Below are positions 63,891 to 64,000 of a DNA stretch of 64,000 bases, piece by piece. The first letter of the stretch is position 1; each line of letters opens with the position of its first letter. The stretch comes from a virus: IMG/VR virus record IMGVR_UViG_3300037483_001670, positions 64,001-128,000 of that record. One strand, 5' to 3'. The notes under the pieces are model-generated. The model saw nothing but the letters and a program-made list of their open reading frames with translations. It had not been told where the DNA came from and made no database searches. Both the position numbers and the translations under genes were made by a program.

Positions 63891-64000
63891 CATAACTGCG
63901 GAGCCAGAGGGGCGTCCCGCGCGGAGCAGAGCCGCCAGCTTGCACCTCGGACATCCCGGCCCAAAATACCCGATCTCACACTCTGGGCAGTACGCCTCGG

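Noticed and set aside
1-64000. Many long overlapping ORFs in the six-frame track (e.g. 143-1546, 4380-5822, 25318-26928, 31697-33601, 45108-46694)
   Set aside because: They are Arg/Ala/Pro-rich shadow frames of real genes in high-GC DNA.
1-64000. Reverse transcriptase, DGR, retron, rRNA, tmRNA or virion structural genes
   Set aside because: No YxDD RT motif, template/variable repeat pair, rRNA or capsid/terminase motif was recognised.

Overview
High-GC segment of a large dsDNA phage or phage-like element. No virion structural genes or rRNA were found, and the host cannot be assigned from the sequence alone. (1) 1-36 kb holds DNA and nucleotide metabolism and regulation genes: pyrF, SNF2 helicase, two HTH regulators, RecT-like annealing protein, groES, thyA, ssb, SMC/SbcC-like ATPase, HerA-like ATPase, Dam methylase, SF2 helicase, a 1210-aa tyrosine recombinase, GNAT, UvrD with a LAGLIDADG intein in its P-loop, ASCH, tmk, NUDIX and a kinase-like protein. 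(2) 37.4-40 kb is an array of short ORFs, each headed by the same bipartite motif (TTGYGR-N12-CGTRYCA). It is followed by an IS1-like element with passenger genes. (3) 42.5-49.7 kb holds small hypothetical genes and pyrE. (4) 49.7-63.1 kb holds 24 minus-strand tRNA genes interleaved with nucleases, methyltransferases, an exoribonuclease and a Zn/sigma-region-4 fusion. Four tRNAs have C33 and three have A37 in place of G37. A dyad box (GTACG-WW-CGTAC-like) occurs upstream of genes at 10 sites. All family calls come from motif recognition by eye, not from database searches. Three single-base frameshifts may be sequencing errors.
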